DNA of 56,566 nt from Promethearchaeota archaeon (lineage in GTDB: Archaea; Asgardarchaeota; Lokiarchaeia; Sigyniarchaeales; SOKP01): contig JAGXNO010000023.1 of NCBI GenBank assembly GCA_019894975.1, positions 1 to 56,566 of the forward strand, given 5' to 3'. Both the position numbers and the translations under genes were made by a program. A model generated the notes under the pieces. It ran no database searches, was not told where the DNA came from, and saw only the letters and a list, made by a program, of their open reading frames with translations. Numbering within the stretch: position 1 is the first letter of the stretch; the number at the start of each line of letters is the position of its first letter. This document shows, one piece after another, positions 1 to 9,929 of the stretch.

Positions 1-41
1 AGAAAATCTCTTCTTTTCTTCTCATTTTCTGGGGAAATCAT
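1..41 (-). CDS. Possible 5' end of a CDS running off the window (MISPENEKKRRDF...)
   Basis: ATG at 41-39 on the minus strand, open to the window edge; too short to identify. Confidence 0.35.
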   Translation of the reverse strand, partial: MISPENEKKRRDF

Positions 42-112
42 TACCAAATATAGTTTATCCTAACTAAAATTTCGACAGAAAAGTATATTAGTAATCCATA
101 CAAATTTGTATA

Positions 113-254
113 TATCTAGAAATCTAATTTTTGTCTTTTGGTAGTGTGCTTCGGTGCACTTTAAAAATTTACCTTCTTCTTATTGAATGGATTTGACCAT
201 GTAATTTGGTCGCACTGGTAGGAGTCGCCTTTTATCTTAGATATTATTTTTTTT
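113..254 (+). ncRNA. Candidate structured ncRNA, copy 1 (AUUUUUGUCUUUUGGU motif, cUUCGg hairpin, second two-part hairpin); ends approximate
   Basis: 127-147 is identical to the reverse complement of 35378-35398. Stems: 143-149/154-160, 177-185/216-224, 195-199/207-211. BRE/TATA-like GAAAAGTATATTA at ~78-90; T-tract at ~247-254. Confidence 0.65.
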
Positions 255-345
255 AACCAATCTTAAACGTATTGCTGCTTGTCCTTTCTCTAAAATTAAA
301 AAATATAAATCCCCAAATGAATTCTGGCAAAAATAAGATAAGAAT

Positions 346-2187
346 CTAAAAGGAATATTTTCCTTCTAAAATCTCTTGATAAATTTCTTTAGTAAGAGGA
401 ACATATTCAGAACTATTTGGCAAAAGTAAAAATAGTGGAGCATCAATTTCATTTACATTGAATCCTTCTGCTTTTAGTTTTACTTTCTGAATTTTATGAG
501 TAGCCGTAAAATCAAACTTATCAATAATTCGAATGAACTTAGGGACTGCATAATTTGGCAGATATTTTTGTAAAAACTTCAAAAATTCTTTAAAATCGAC
601 ATCTTCCTCAGTTCTTTTATGGATTGAAACCATTCCCGCACGACCCTCGGTATGGGGGATGAGAACGCCATAAACAGAGCATATATCAATTTGCTCAAAA
701 GTATTAATTACTGATTCAACTTCTTCGGTAGATACGTTTTCACCCTTCCACCTAAATGTGTCACCTAAACGATCAACAAATTGAATATGTCCAAAACCAA
801 TATCTCTTACTAAATCTCCTGTATTTATATACATATCCCCGGGTCTAAGTGCATTACGAAATACTTTTTTTTCCGTTGCTTCCTCATCTTTATACATATA
901 AAAGTTATCAGGATCTTGTATTTGTCCTAGCAATAATCCAACTTCACCTGTTCTTACTTTTTTCATTCGATCTCTCTCATTTCGAAAGGGTTGATCTGTT
1001 TCCATATCATATCTTACAATTGCATAAGGTGTTAGGCACACTCCGCAAGTTTTATCAATATTATGTATATTTGCAAAATTTGGGACAAAATCTTCTGTAG
1101 CACCATAAAACTCTCTAACTTCTTTAATCCCAAACCTTTTTTTGAAATCTATCCACATATCTAGCCTAAGACCGTTTCCAACTATTTTTACAATAGGATT
1201 ATCAGCATCATCTGGTTTAGGTGGTTGATTATATAAATATCTACATATTTCACCCACATAATTAAAACATGTTGCATTGAATTTCCTAGTTTCATCCCAA
1301 AATTTACTAGCACTGAATTTTCTGGCAATTGCCATTGCAGAACCACTGTATAGCGCTGCAGCAAAAGCTACTTTAATTCCATGACTATGAAATAGAGGGG
1401 TTGTAATATAAACTATATCTTCAGTTTCTAAACCCACAACCATGTGTCCCCACCACGTCATCGCGTTTAATATAGAAGAATGTCTTAAAATCGCAGCTTT
1501 AGGCAGTCCTGTAGTTCCTGAGGTAAAGATATACACAAATGGATCTTTCATTAGAATCTCAGAGGTTGTAGGGGGATTACTAATATCAGAACCAGAAAGT
1601 TTTTCTTTTAAATTGATATACTCCTCTGGTGTTTTCATATCACCCTTATCAGTCACAAAAAAGAGGTGTTTTTCTTGTTCTTTAGTAAGTTCTAATTCAG
1701 ACTTGACATCTTGGAAGGCTTGAACAAGTTCTTCCCCAATAATATATACTCTCCCAGGAGTATGGGTCATACTATGAATCAATGGTTGTTGACGTAGATT
1801 AGTATTAATCAATGAGGATATAACCCCCAATTTGCCCATCGCTATAATTATAAACATATAATCTGAACGATTTTCCACAAATATAACTGCTGTATCGCCT
1901 TTCTTGAGAAATTTAAGAAAGAAATTAGAATAACGATTAACCTGTTCATTATATTCTTTATGGGTATATTTTTCATCTTCATATAATAACGCCAAACTAT
2001 CGGGATAATCTCTTGCATGCTCCTCTGTTCTAAGACCGATAGAATACTTTGTTTCAGCCGTATGGGCTGCCATCCAGACCACGCCCTTCATTATCCAAGG
2101 AGTTTTCTCATCCCATGATGGCTGTATCTTAGCCTTATATTCGTCAGCTGATATTACATAAGGATTCTTTTGTTCCTTTTCTTCCAT
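346..2187 (-). CDS. Long-chain acyl-CoA synthetase, FATP/SLC27 (FadD6)-like
   Basis: AMP-binding motif YIFTSGTTGLPK; FATP motif FVDRLGDTFRWKGENVST. Confidence 0.9.
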   Translation of the reverse strand: MEEKEQKNPYVISADEYKAKIQPSWDEKTPWIMKGVVWMAAHTAETKYSIGLRTEEHARDYPDSLALLYEDEKYTHKEYNEQVNRYSNFFLKFLKKGDTAVIFVENRSDYMFIIIAMGKLGVISSLINTNLRQQPLIHSMTHTPGRVYIIGEELVQAFQDVKSELELTKEQEKHLFFVTDKGDMKTPEEYINLKEKLSGSDISNPPTTSEILMKDPFVYIFTSGTTGLPKAAILRHSSILNAMTWWGHMVVGLETEDIVYITTPLFHSHGIKVAFAAALYSGSAMAIARKFSASKFWDETRKFNATCFNYVGEICRYLYNQPPKPDDADNPIVKIVGNGLRLDMWIDFKKRFGIKEVREFYGATEDFVPNFANIHNIDKTCGVCLTPYAIVRYDMETDQPFRNERDRMKKVRTGEVGLLLGQIQDPDNFYMYKDEEATEKKVFRNALRPGDMYINTGDLVRDIGFGHIQFVDRLGDTFRWKGENVSTEEVESVINTFEQIDICSVYGVLIPHTEGRAGMVSIHKRTEEDVDFKEFLKFLQKYLPNYAVPKFIRIIDKFDFTATHKIQKVKLKAEGFNVNEIDAPLFLLLPNSSEYVPLTKEIYQEILEGKYSF

Positions 2188-2377
2188 TTTCTTGTTTAAA
2201 ATAGCATCTAATTATTGAGTATGCATAGATTTTTAAAAAATAAAATGTTTTTGATCAGTCCGGATTATACTTAATAGTCCAAATTGGTTCCATTTTACTT
2301 AGCTATCTTATGATTAGAAGAAAAAAGAGATAAGTATAGATAAGAAAAGCAGATTCCTAATATTCTCTATATTCACC

Positions 2378-2704
2378 CTAATACCATGTTCGTTGAGATT
2401 TTTTAAGATTGTCTGGCATATCTTCATAAGGAGATATTTCCTCTTCTAATTTGCACTCAACTCCGTATCTTAAATTGGTTTGGGGGTGAACATATCCTGT
2501 TTTTGAAATTCCATTAGCGGCTCTTAATGAGGTCCTTCTTGATATTAAAGAAGCGCCTTTTATATAGAAAAATTTCCACTTGTCTTCATCTTCAAGAAGT
2601 TCTATGAAAATTCCATCGTCCATATCTGAATCAGACTCAATGGGACGAAATTGCCCGGAATCATCATTCCATTTTAGCATAAAATTACCTTTTTTCTCAG
2701 CCAT
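2378..2704 (-). CDS. Hypothetical protein, possible single gelsolin-like domain
   Basis: Strand-strand-helix pattern GIFIELLE..KWKFFYIKGASLISRRTSLRAANGI resembles the gelsolin repeat core. Confidence 0.4.
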   Translation of the reverse strand: MAEKKGNFMLKWNDDSGQFRPIESDSDMDDGIFIELLEDEDKWKFFYIKGASLISRRTSLRAANGISKTGYVHPQTNLRYGVECKLEEEISPYEDMPDNLKKSQRTWY

Positions 2705-2987
2705 ATTTACACCTAATTAAGGAATTATTCTATAAGAAATTTAATTCAATTATAATTTTATTTTCTTTGGTATTTATTATAAAATTAATATTATTTTAAT
2801 CTTATTTTAAAGATACTATAAGATCCATTGCTAAGATTTGTTATTTTCTTGATGCTACCTAAATTTTTTAAAACAAACATATAGAATTGAAAATTTTAAA
2901 TTCACTACTTTTTTTTAACTATCATTAGAAAACAAGTAGGTTATTGTTTTAAGCCTCACTTAAAGGATATAAATTTGGGATTTAACA

Positions 2988-3716
2988 ATGCTGCAAGTTA
3001 ATCAAGATGTAATTAGAATTTTTGATTTTGACTACTTAATTTTTGATATTATTCTCTTATTCTTATTCATATCTATTCTGATTATACAAAGAAAATATGT
3101 CCCGCTTTTAGTTGGTATCTTATGTGGAATATTGTTTTTAATAATAGATGGCATGATTTGGTGGAATACGGGAATTCGAGAGATATATCCCACTAACTTA
3201 AAAGTAGCAGTTGATTTTATGATGGATTTTAGTTATGGATTGTTAGCTTTTAGTTGGGTAATGATTATGTTTGAAAAGAATAATATGAAAGAGATTATCT
3301 TTTGGACTGCTTTGTTATATGGAGGTTGGTTTATGATTGCTACCTTATCTCAAATCTTACCCTTGACTGATATTGAAATTACTACGATAAGACATATGAA
3401 GCACCTAAGAATAGTTGAAATTTCAGTCGTAGTTTTTGGCTATTTACTTTTATTGTTTTTGGGATATAAGTATAAAGCGATACTCTTTATCTTTTGGGTG
3501 GGAACTATGCTTTCTTTCATGATGGAATCATATTTGCTTTTTACAGGAATCAGGTCTTCTGGCTTTGAATTGTTATTATATGATTCTCTAATTTTAACGA
3601 ATCAAGGGATTCCATATTTATATATTATTTTTGATAAAATTCTCCCAAAATTAAGGGAAATGATTAAGAATCGAAAGAACGCAAAGGAAGAGATTGTTGA
3701 GATTACTCACACTTAA
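2988..3716 (+). CDS. Multi-pass membrane protein, unknown function
   Basis: About 7 hydrophobic segments. Confidence 0.75.
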   Translation: MLQVNQDVIRIFDFDYLIFDIILLFLFISILIIQRKYVPLLVGILCGILFLIIDGMIWWNTGIREIYPTNLKVAVDFMMDFSYGLLAFSWVMIMFEKNNMKEIIFWTALLYGGWFMIATLSQILPLTDIEITTIRHMKHLRIVEISVVVFGYLLLLFLGYKYKAILFIFWVGTMLSFMMESYLLFTGIRSSGFELLLYDSLILTNQGIPYLYIIFDKILPKLREMIKNRKNAKEEIVEITHT

Positions 3717-3826
3717 TAAAGATAAAAGATATTCTTTAGTTTTTGAATGAAATCAATAGTTACTTCTTATTTATCTTTAGAATGGTAAATTTTATGTGGT
3801 AGCAGAAATATACTTTACAAAGTGAA

Positions 3827-5536
3827 ATGAAAATAATTGATACTCATACCATCACAGAATTTCTTGCAAATCATATCAAATCTCTTTCGTTAAAGGAAAT
3901 TGAGGAGATTATTGAAATTCCTCCCCCAAACATCAGCTTTTCGTATGCTTTTCCTGTGTATCGATTAAGTAAAATCGAAAAGAAAAGCCCAAAAGAGATT
4001 GCTAAAAATTTAGCTGCAGAAATACCTTTACCGGACTATTTAAATAAGATAGAAGCAGATGGTCCCTACCTAAATTTCAAAGTTAAACCCTCATTTGTTA
4101 TTGAGAACATATATGGACTAAATCATGATTATGGAAGGATGTATGAAATAGAAAAAAAAAGCAAACCATTAAGAATTGTAATAGAATACCCTTCAACTAA
4201 CACCAACGGTCAGCTCCATATTGGTCATTTGCGAAATATGTTAATAGGTAGTTCTATGGCGAATTTATTCCGATATAAAAAGCATGAAGTATTCGAAGTA
4301 AATCTTTATAATGATAGGGGTATTCATATCTGCAAATCCATGCTAGCGTATAAAAAATGGGGCGAAGATCAAGAACCTACTAAAAAGCCTGATCATTTTG
4401 TAGGAGATTTTTATGTAATGTATAATGAAATGCAAAAAAAGGATGAAGATTTGATGAATGAAGCTCATGAATTATTACGTTTATGGGAGAGTGAAGATCC
4501 TAAAACGCGAATGCTATGGGAAAAAATGAGGACGTGGGCTATAGATGGGTTCGAAGAAACATTTAAAAAGTTAGATATTTCACATGTAAAAGAATATTAC
4601 GAGTCTATAATTTATACTAAAGGCAAGGATATTATAAAAGAAAACTTAGAGAAAGGAATATTTAAGAAAACTGAAGATGGGGCAATTTATGCTGAATTAG
4701 AAGAGGAATACGGTTTACCGAATAAGATTCTATTAAGACGAGATGGGACTTCAGTATATATTACTCAGGATATATACCTTGCGTTTGTTAAGAAACATGA
4801 TTTCAATTATGATAAATCGTTATATGTTGTTGCAAATGAGCAAGATATGTATTTTAAGCAATTATTTGCTGTGCTAGATATGATTGGGTTCAAGGAAGAT
4901 AAGCATCACCTCTCTTATGGTATGATTTTCCTTCCGGAGGGGAAAATGAAAAGTAGAGAGGGGACAGTAATAGACGCTGACGATTTAATTGAAGAAGTAT
5001 TAGAACTTGCTTATAAAGAGGTAAACAAAAGGTATCCCTCTCTTACTGAAGAGGAAAAAGTAAAAAGAGCGAAGATTATTAGTATGGGAGCACTAAGATT
5101 TTTCATTTTAAAATTTAATTTAAAATCCGATTTTATATTTGATCCAAAACAAAGTATTTCCTTTGAAGGGGAGACTGGACCATATATCCAATATTGTTAT
5201 GCAAGAATTGAATCAATTATAACAAAATCAAAAGAAACTATTGATACAGATATTAAATGGGAACTATTAAACCATGAGACAGAAGAGAATTTGATCAAAC
5301 ACTTAAATTATTTTCCAGAGATTATCGATCAAGCGGTTCAGAAATATACTATTCATATCATTCCTCAATATCTTCTAACCTTGTGCCAAATTTTTAGTTC
5401 TTTTTACAGTTCGTGCCCTGTTATTTCTGATGATAAACAATTGGAAACAGCAAGGCTATTATTGATAAAATGTGTACAAATTGTAATTAAAACGGGTCTA
5501 GACCTTTTAGGAATTGATACTTTAGACAAAATGTGA
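3827..5536 (+). CDS. argS: Arginyl-tRNA synthetase
   Basis: HIGH motif (LHIGHLRN), KMKSREG, GETGPYIQYCYARI anticodon-domain motif. Confidence 0.95.
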   Translation: MKIIDTHTITEFLANHIKSLSLKEIEEIIEIPPPNISFSYAFPVYRLSKIEKKSPKEIAKNLAAEIPLPDYLNKIEADGPYLNFKVKPSFVIENIYGLNHDYGRMYEIEKKSKPLRIVIEYPSTNTNGQLHIGHLRNMLIGSSMANLFRYKKHEVFEVNLYNDRGIHICKSMLAYKKWGEDQEPTKKPDHFVGDFYVMYNEMQKKDEDLMNEAHELLRLWESEDPKTRMLWEKMRTWAIDGFEETFKKLDISHVKEYYESIIYTKGKDIIKENLEKGIFKKTEDGAIYAELEEEYGLPNKILLRRDGTSVYITQDIYLAFVKKHDFNYDKSLYVVANEQDMYFKQLFAVLDMIGFKEDKHHLSYGMIFLPEGKMKSREGTVIDADDLIEEVLELAYKEVNKRYPSLTEEEKVKRAKIISMGALRFFILKFNLKSDFIFDPKQSISFEGETGPYIQYCYARIESIITKSKETIDTDIKWELLNHETEENLIKHLNYFPEIIDQAVQKYTIHIIPQYLLTLCQIFSSFYSSCPVISDDKQLETARLLLIKCVQIVIKTGLDLLGIDTLDKM

Positions 5537-5546
5537 GGAATCAAAC

Positions 5547-6446
5547 ATGAACTTTTTTAATTTTGGAAAAGAAATAAATGAAGATACTCGTTTTGTTATT
5601 TTTGGTGTACCTTGGGATTATTTAACTTCCACTGATCTTCCTAATTCTTCAACTTCTCCTGAAACTATCAGAAATTTAACAGATGATATTGGATATACTA
5701 CTGAGATGGGATTTTCTATTCCAAACCTTCAAGTAGCAGATATAGGAGATGTTGAAATCGAACCTACGGATGTAGAAGGAAATCTTAAGATTATAGGTAG
5801 CTTCCTTAAAGATATCTATATTCAAAATGATAATATTATCCCAGTAATGATAGGGGGGGATCATTTCTGTACTTATCCCATAGTAAAAGCTGTAGGTGAT
5901 CAATTAAAGACAAAAGAAGATTTTGGGGTATTAGTGTTTGACTCTCATTTAGATTTTTATCAGGAATGGGATAAGGGTGTTTACTCTCACGCAACAATAT
6001 CTCATAGAATTTTTGATTTAGATTATATGAATAATAAAAATTTATTAATTGTTGGAACTCGTGATATTGATATTGAGGAAAGAGAATTAGCAAGCACAGA
6101 AAAACTTGAATATATTAATGCTTATCATATCATTGAGGGTGTAGATTATTATATAGAACGCATTACGACATTTTTTGAAAAATCAAATATCAAAAAGCTT
6201 TATGTTTCAATTGATATTGACGCATTAGATCCCTCAATTGCCCCTGGTACGGGATATGCGATACCTGGTGGGTTTTCCTATCGGGAAATGTGGAAAATCC
6301 TGAAAGAAATAGCTGTGAAGTTTAATATTATTGGTTTTGATCTTGTTGAGGTGGCTCCGAATTTGGATTTAAAAAATAATGTGACATGTATCTTGGCCGC
6401 AAAATTGATCGTTGAATTTATGTCATTTATCAACAGCAATATTTAA
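5547..6446 (+). CDS. speB: Agmatinase (ureohydrolase family)
   Basis: GGDH, DSHLD and SIDIDALDPSIAPGTG motifs. Confidence 0.85.
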   Translation: MNFFNFGKEINEDTRFVIFGVPWDYLTSTDLPNSSTSPETIRNLTDDIGYTTEMGFSIPNLQVADIGDVEIEPTDVEGNLKIIGSFLKDIYIQNDNIIPVMIGGDHFCTYPIVKAVGDQLKTKEDFGVLVFDSHLDFYQEWDKGVYSHATISHRIFDLDYMNNKNLLIVGTRDIDIEERELASTEKLEYINAYHIIEGVDYYIERITTFFEKSNIKKLYVSIDIDALDPSIAPGTGYAIPGGFSYREMWKILKEIAVKFNIIGFDLVEVAPNLDLKNNVTCILAAKLIVEFMSFINSNI

Positions 6447-6457
6447 TAGTGATTTAA

Positions 6458-7417
6458 ATGTCGGAAAAGAATTTAGAAGATATTTTAAAAAGAGTAAACC
6501 AACTGAAAATAACCAGCGAAACTAGTATAGTAAGCCTCATTAATTCACTAAAAAATGCTGGATTTAATGCTAAAAGGCTAGCTATGGCCTGTGAAATTTA
6601 TGATGAAATGATTAATGATGAGGAATGCATAAAATTCTTTGGTTTAGCAGGAGCTCTAGTTCCTGCAGGAATGCAAAGAGTAGTATATGATTTCATAAAA
6701 GAAGGATTTATTGATATTTTGGTGACTACAGGTGCAAATATTACTCATGATTTAGCAGAAGCTTTAGGTTATCACCACCTGCAGGGAGGAAATATGAATA
6801 AAGACGATTTTGATGATTCACAACTACATAAAGCCGAAATAAATAGGATTTATGATGTCTATATGCCAAATAAGGTTTATAAAGGGATTGAAGATTTTGT
6901 CTCAAAACTCGAGATATCTGATTCTCAAATGTCTGTAAGCTCCTTCTTAAATTTTCTCGGAAAACAACTTCCAAAAGACTCTCAATCGATTCTTAAAATT
7001 TGTGAACAAAAGAAAATCCCTATTTACTGCCCTGCTTTTACTGACTCAGGGCTTGCTTTACAATTAGGATTCCATAATCAAAATATAAATTTAAATCATT
7101 TTAAGGACATGCTGGAGATGGTTAACCTAGCGTGGGATGCCAAGAAAGCAGGAGTATGTATTGTTGGAGGAGGTGTACCGAAAAATTTTATAATGCAATC
7201 CCTCCAATTTTGCCCAAATTCTGCTACATACGCGATCCAAATCACAATGGATCGTCCCGAACAAGGAGGATTAAGTGGGGCTACACTGGAAGAGGCAATA
7301 TCATGGGGAAAAGTAAATGAAAAAGCAAAATATTCCACAATTATATCTGATGCAACTATTGCATTACCACTAATATTATGGTTTCTTAAAGAATCCCAAA
7401 AGAAGAAGAAAAACTAG
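6458..7417 (+). CDS. dhs: Deoxyhypusine synthase
   Basis: TTGANITHD, GGGVPKNF and GGLSGATLEEAISWGK (active-site Lys) motifs. Confidence 0.92.
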   Translation: MSEKNLEDILKRVNQLKITSETSIVSLINSLKNAGFNAKRLAMACEIYDEMINDEECIKFFGLAGALVPAGMQRVVYDFIKEGFIDILVTTGANITHDLAEALGYHHLQGGNMNKDDFDDSQLHKAEINRIYDVYMPNKVYKGIEDFVSKLEISDSQMSVSSFLNFLGKQLPKDSQSILKICEQKKIPIYCPAFTDSGLALQLGFHNQNINLNHFKDMLEMVNLAWDAKKAGVCIVGGGVPKNFIMQSLQFCPNSATYAIQITMDRPEQGGLSGATLEEAISWGKVNEKAKYSTIISDATIALPLILWFLKESQKKKKN

Positions 7418-7432
7418 TATTTAGTGTTGTTT

Positions 7433-7897
7433 TTACGAAAAAACTCCTTTTAATTTTTGATCAAGAGTCTTAGAATCGTTTCCATAAATTTCATCCAACT
7501 TTGTTTTAAATTCCCTAAATTGAGAGACTTCTGATAAATTTTTCCCCATATTTAAAGAAGAGAATTCATCTATAGCGTGCTTTAATAGAGGTTGAACAAT
7601 TTTATGAATATACTTTTCAATTTTTTTTGATCTGTCTAAAATAACATACGATGTTAAAACTTCAGGTTCAAAACCATCGTTTGACATAATTTTATCCTTG
7701 GTGAATACAATAGTAAACTTCTTACCTTGAAAGTATTCAATGGAACTTTCCATAAATGCTGACTCTGCAAAAGATAAGATGGCATCAAGTAAACCACTTC
7801 GGAGATCTATATCAATTTTTCCTTTATCCGTCTTATGAAAAGTTTTCTTGACTAGTGTAAAACCTCTAAACATTAATCCTGCTTCTCGAACAACCAT
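7433..7897 (-). CDS. Longin/roadblock-like small protein
   Basis: DLRSGLLDAILSFAESAF helix followed by IEYFQ..FTIVF strands, typical of Asgard longin-type domains. Confidence 0.55.
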   Translation of the reverse strand: MVVREAGLMFRGFTLVKKTFHKTDKGKIDIDLRSGLLDAILSFAESAFMESSIEYFQGKKFTIVFTKDKIMSNDGFEPEVLTSYVILDRSKKIEKYIHKIVQPLLKHAIDEFSSLNMGKNLSEVSQFREFKTKLDEIYGNDSKTLDQKLKGVFS

Positions 7898-8030
7898 CTT
7901 GAATAATTAAAAGAGATACTGATGAATAAAAACTGTTTTCAATACTTTAATTATACCTACTAATTTTAATAAACTCTTTGGCATTCGCTTAAATTATAAG
8001 ATTTTTTATAATTGTATTATTCTAAAGACT

Positions 8031-9212
8031 ATGATTGATAAACAAAAAATTAAATCCTGCGCAGAAAATATTACCCGAAGTATAAACATAAAAAAGGACG
8101 GTGAGTTTGTCTATATAAAAGGGAATACGTTTAGCCAAGATCTTCTGGAAGAAATTGGATTAAGTGTTCTTAGAAAAGGAGGAATTCCCCATATTAATGC
8201 AACAAGTGATTATTACGAGGAAACGACTTGGCAAGATGACCTAATTAAAGCGAAGACAATAGAAAACCCAAAATTACCTTTTCTGGAAATGATAAAAAAA
8301 ATGGATGCTTACATCGTTATTGAATATCCTGAAAATCCTGTGATTCGAAACGAAGCACCAAAAGATAAACTTGAAGCTTACCAAAAATCAACGGCTCCAT
8401 TAAGAGATATTCTCTATGGATTTAAAGAAGAGTTTGCTCCTGGAAAAAAATGGTGTTATGCCGCTTGGCCTTCTAAAAAAGCAGCTAAATTTTTCAATAT
8501 CAAATACTCCTTATTTGAAAAGTTTATAGTCGATGGAATGAGCATTCCAGCTGAAGAATTTACTCCAATAGTCAAGAATTTAGGAGATAAATTCGAAAAT
8601 GCATCAAAAGTATATGTGAATGATGATAATGGTACAGATTTCTGGGTGTCAGTCGAGGATCGTACAAGAATTCTAGATGATGGAATACTATCTGAAGAAC
8701 AAATTGCTTTAGGGGATCTTGGGGGAAATCTACCTGCTGGTGAAGTATTTTTCGCACCAAATGAAACTCAAGGGGAAGGTACTATATTTTGCCCTTTAAC
8801 TAAAGAACGATACACTCATAAATTTGTTAAAAATGTGGAATTACCTTTTAAAGAGGGTAAATTAATCTTAGATAAAGTTACTGCCGACTCAAATTTGGAG
8901 ATTCTAACTGAGGCTTTTAAGAAAGGTGAACGGATCGATAGAGCAAATAAAGTTCCTGAACTCAGAACATATAACATTGGGGAACTCGGTATTGGATGCA
9001 ATCCTGTTATAACCAAAGCTATTGGGTATATACTCACAGATGAAAAAATAAATGGGAGTATTCATGTTGCTTTTGGATTTAATAAAAGTTTTGGTGGAAC
9101 TTCGATTAGCCAAGTCCATTGGGACTTTGTTACTGCCCCAAACGCAAATATAACTGTAGAATATAAAGATAATTCTAAGAAAATTATAATGGAGAATGGA
9201 AAACTAGTTTAG
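8031..9212 (+). CDS. Aminopeptidase, M29 family
   Basis: NLPAGEVF, GELGIG, DEKINGSIHVAFG and HWDFV motifs. Confidence 0.9.
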   Translation: MIDKQKIKSCAENITRSINIKKDGEFVYIKGNTFSQDLLEEIGLSVLRKGGIPHINATSDYYEETTWQDDLIKAKTIENPKLPFLEMIKKMDAYIVIEYPENPVIRNEAPKDKLEAYQKSTAPLRDILYGFKEEFAPGKKWCYAAWPSKKAAKFFNIKYSLFEKFIVDGMSIPAEEFTPIVKNLGDKFENASKVYVNDDNGTDFWVSVEDRTRILDDGILSEEQIALGDLGGNLPAGEVFFAPNETQGEGTIFCPLTKERYTHKFVKNVELPFKEGKLILDKVTADSNLEILTEAFKKGERIDRANKVPELRTYNIGELGIGCNPVITKAIGYILTDEKINGSIHVAFGFNKSFGGTSISQVHWDFVTAPNANITVEYKDNSKKIIMENGKLV

Positions 9213-9219
9213 ATTGTTT

Positions 9220-9738
9220 TCAAGCTGTTCTTTCATTAATATAATTTCCTTTACTCATTTTTTGTTCCAAATAATTTATAATTTTTTCTAAAACTAATTC
9301 CTTAAATGTTATCCGATCTGCCTTAAAATTATATCTATTGACTTTGGTTACCTTTTTAGTCGAAAATCCAACATAAACTGTACCAACCGGCTTTTCAGGA
9401 GTTCCTCCTGTTGGTCCAGCAATACCGCTGATACCTATCCCGATATCAACATCAGCAAGTATTCTTATATTACGAGCTAACTGATCGACAACATTTTCGG
9501 ATACAGCTCCATACATTTCAAGAGCACTAGGATTTACATTTACTAAATCTATTTTAGCTTGATTACTATAGCATACAATCCCCCTTTCAAACACCTTTGA
9601 TGCTCCAGAGATATTAGTTATCATATGTGAGATGTATCCTCCTGTACAAGATTCTGCAATTGCAATTTTTATGTTATTCTGGTTGAAATTTTTAATAATT
9701 TTGCTTAATCTTTCCTTAATCTCCATATTATTAACCAC
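9220..9738 (-). CDS. pncC: CinA C-terminal domain / NMN deamidase PncC
   Basis: AESCTGG, YSNQAK, GAVS and ISGIAGPTGG motifs. Confidence 0.85.
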   Translation of the reverse strand: MVNNMEIKERLSKIIKNFNQNNIKIAIAESCTGGYISHMITNISGASKVFERGIVCYSNQAKIDLVNVNPSALEMYGAVSENVVDQLARNIRILADVDIGIGISGIAGPTGGTPEKPVGTVYVGFSTKKVTKVNRYNFKADRITFKELVLEKIINYLEQKMSKGNYINERTA

Positions 9739-9929
9739 CTTTGAAATTCAATTTTTTTCCATAAGAATTACAAAATCTTGCTCCTTCAGTCAAAAAGATA
9801 CGATGTAAACATTAATTAAATAATTAATTTATATTAATTAATAACAAATATAAATAAATAAAAAAATAATATCTTATAATTTTGTAATTATTGCATATAT
9901 TACGGTATTCTTAATAAAAAAATAACAGA

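Noticed and set aside
849-1723. Shadow ORFs overlapping long genes (e.g. 849, 1442, 5676, 6741, 16887, 19830, 28075, 38303 and similar)
   Set aside because: Antisense or out-of-frame to well-supported genes, with no motifs
3747-3788. Short uORF upstream of argS (MKSIVTSYLSLEW)
   Set aside because: No Arg codons and no alternative structure seen, so not analogous to the ileS leader
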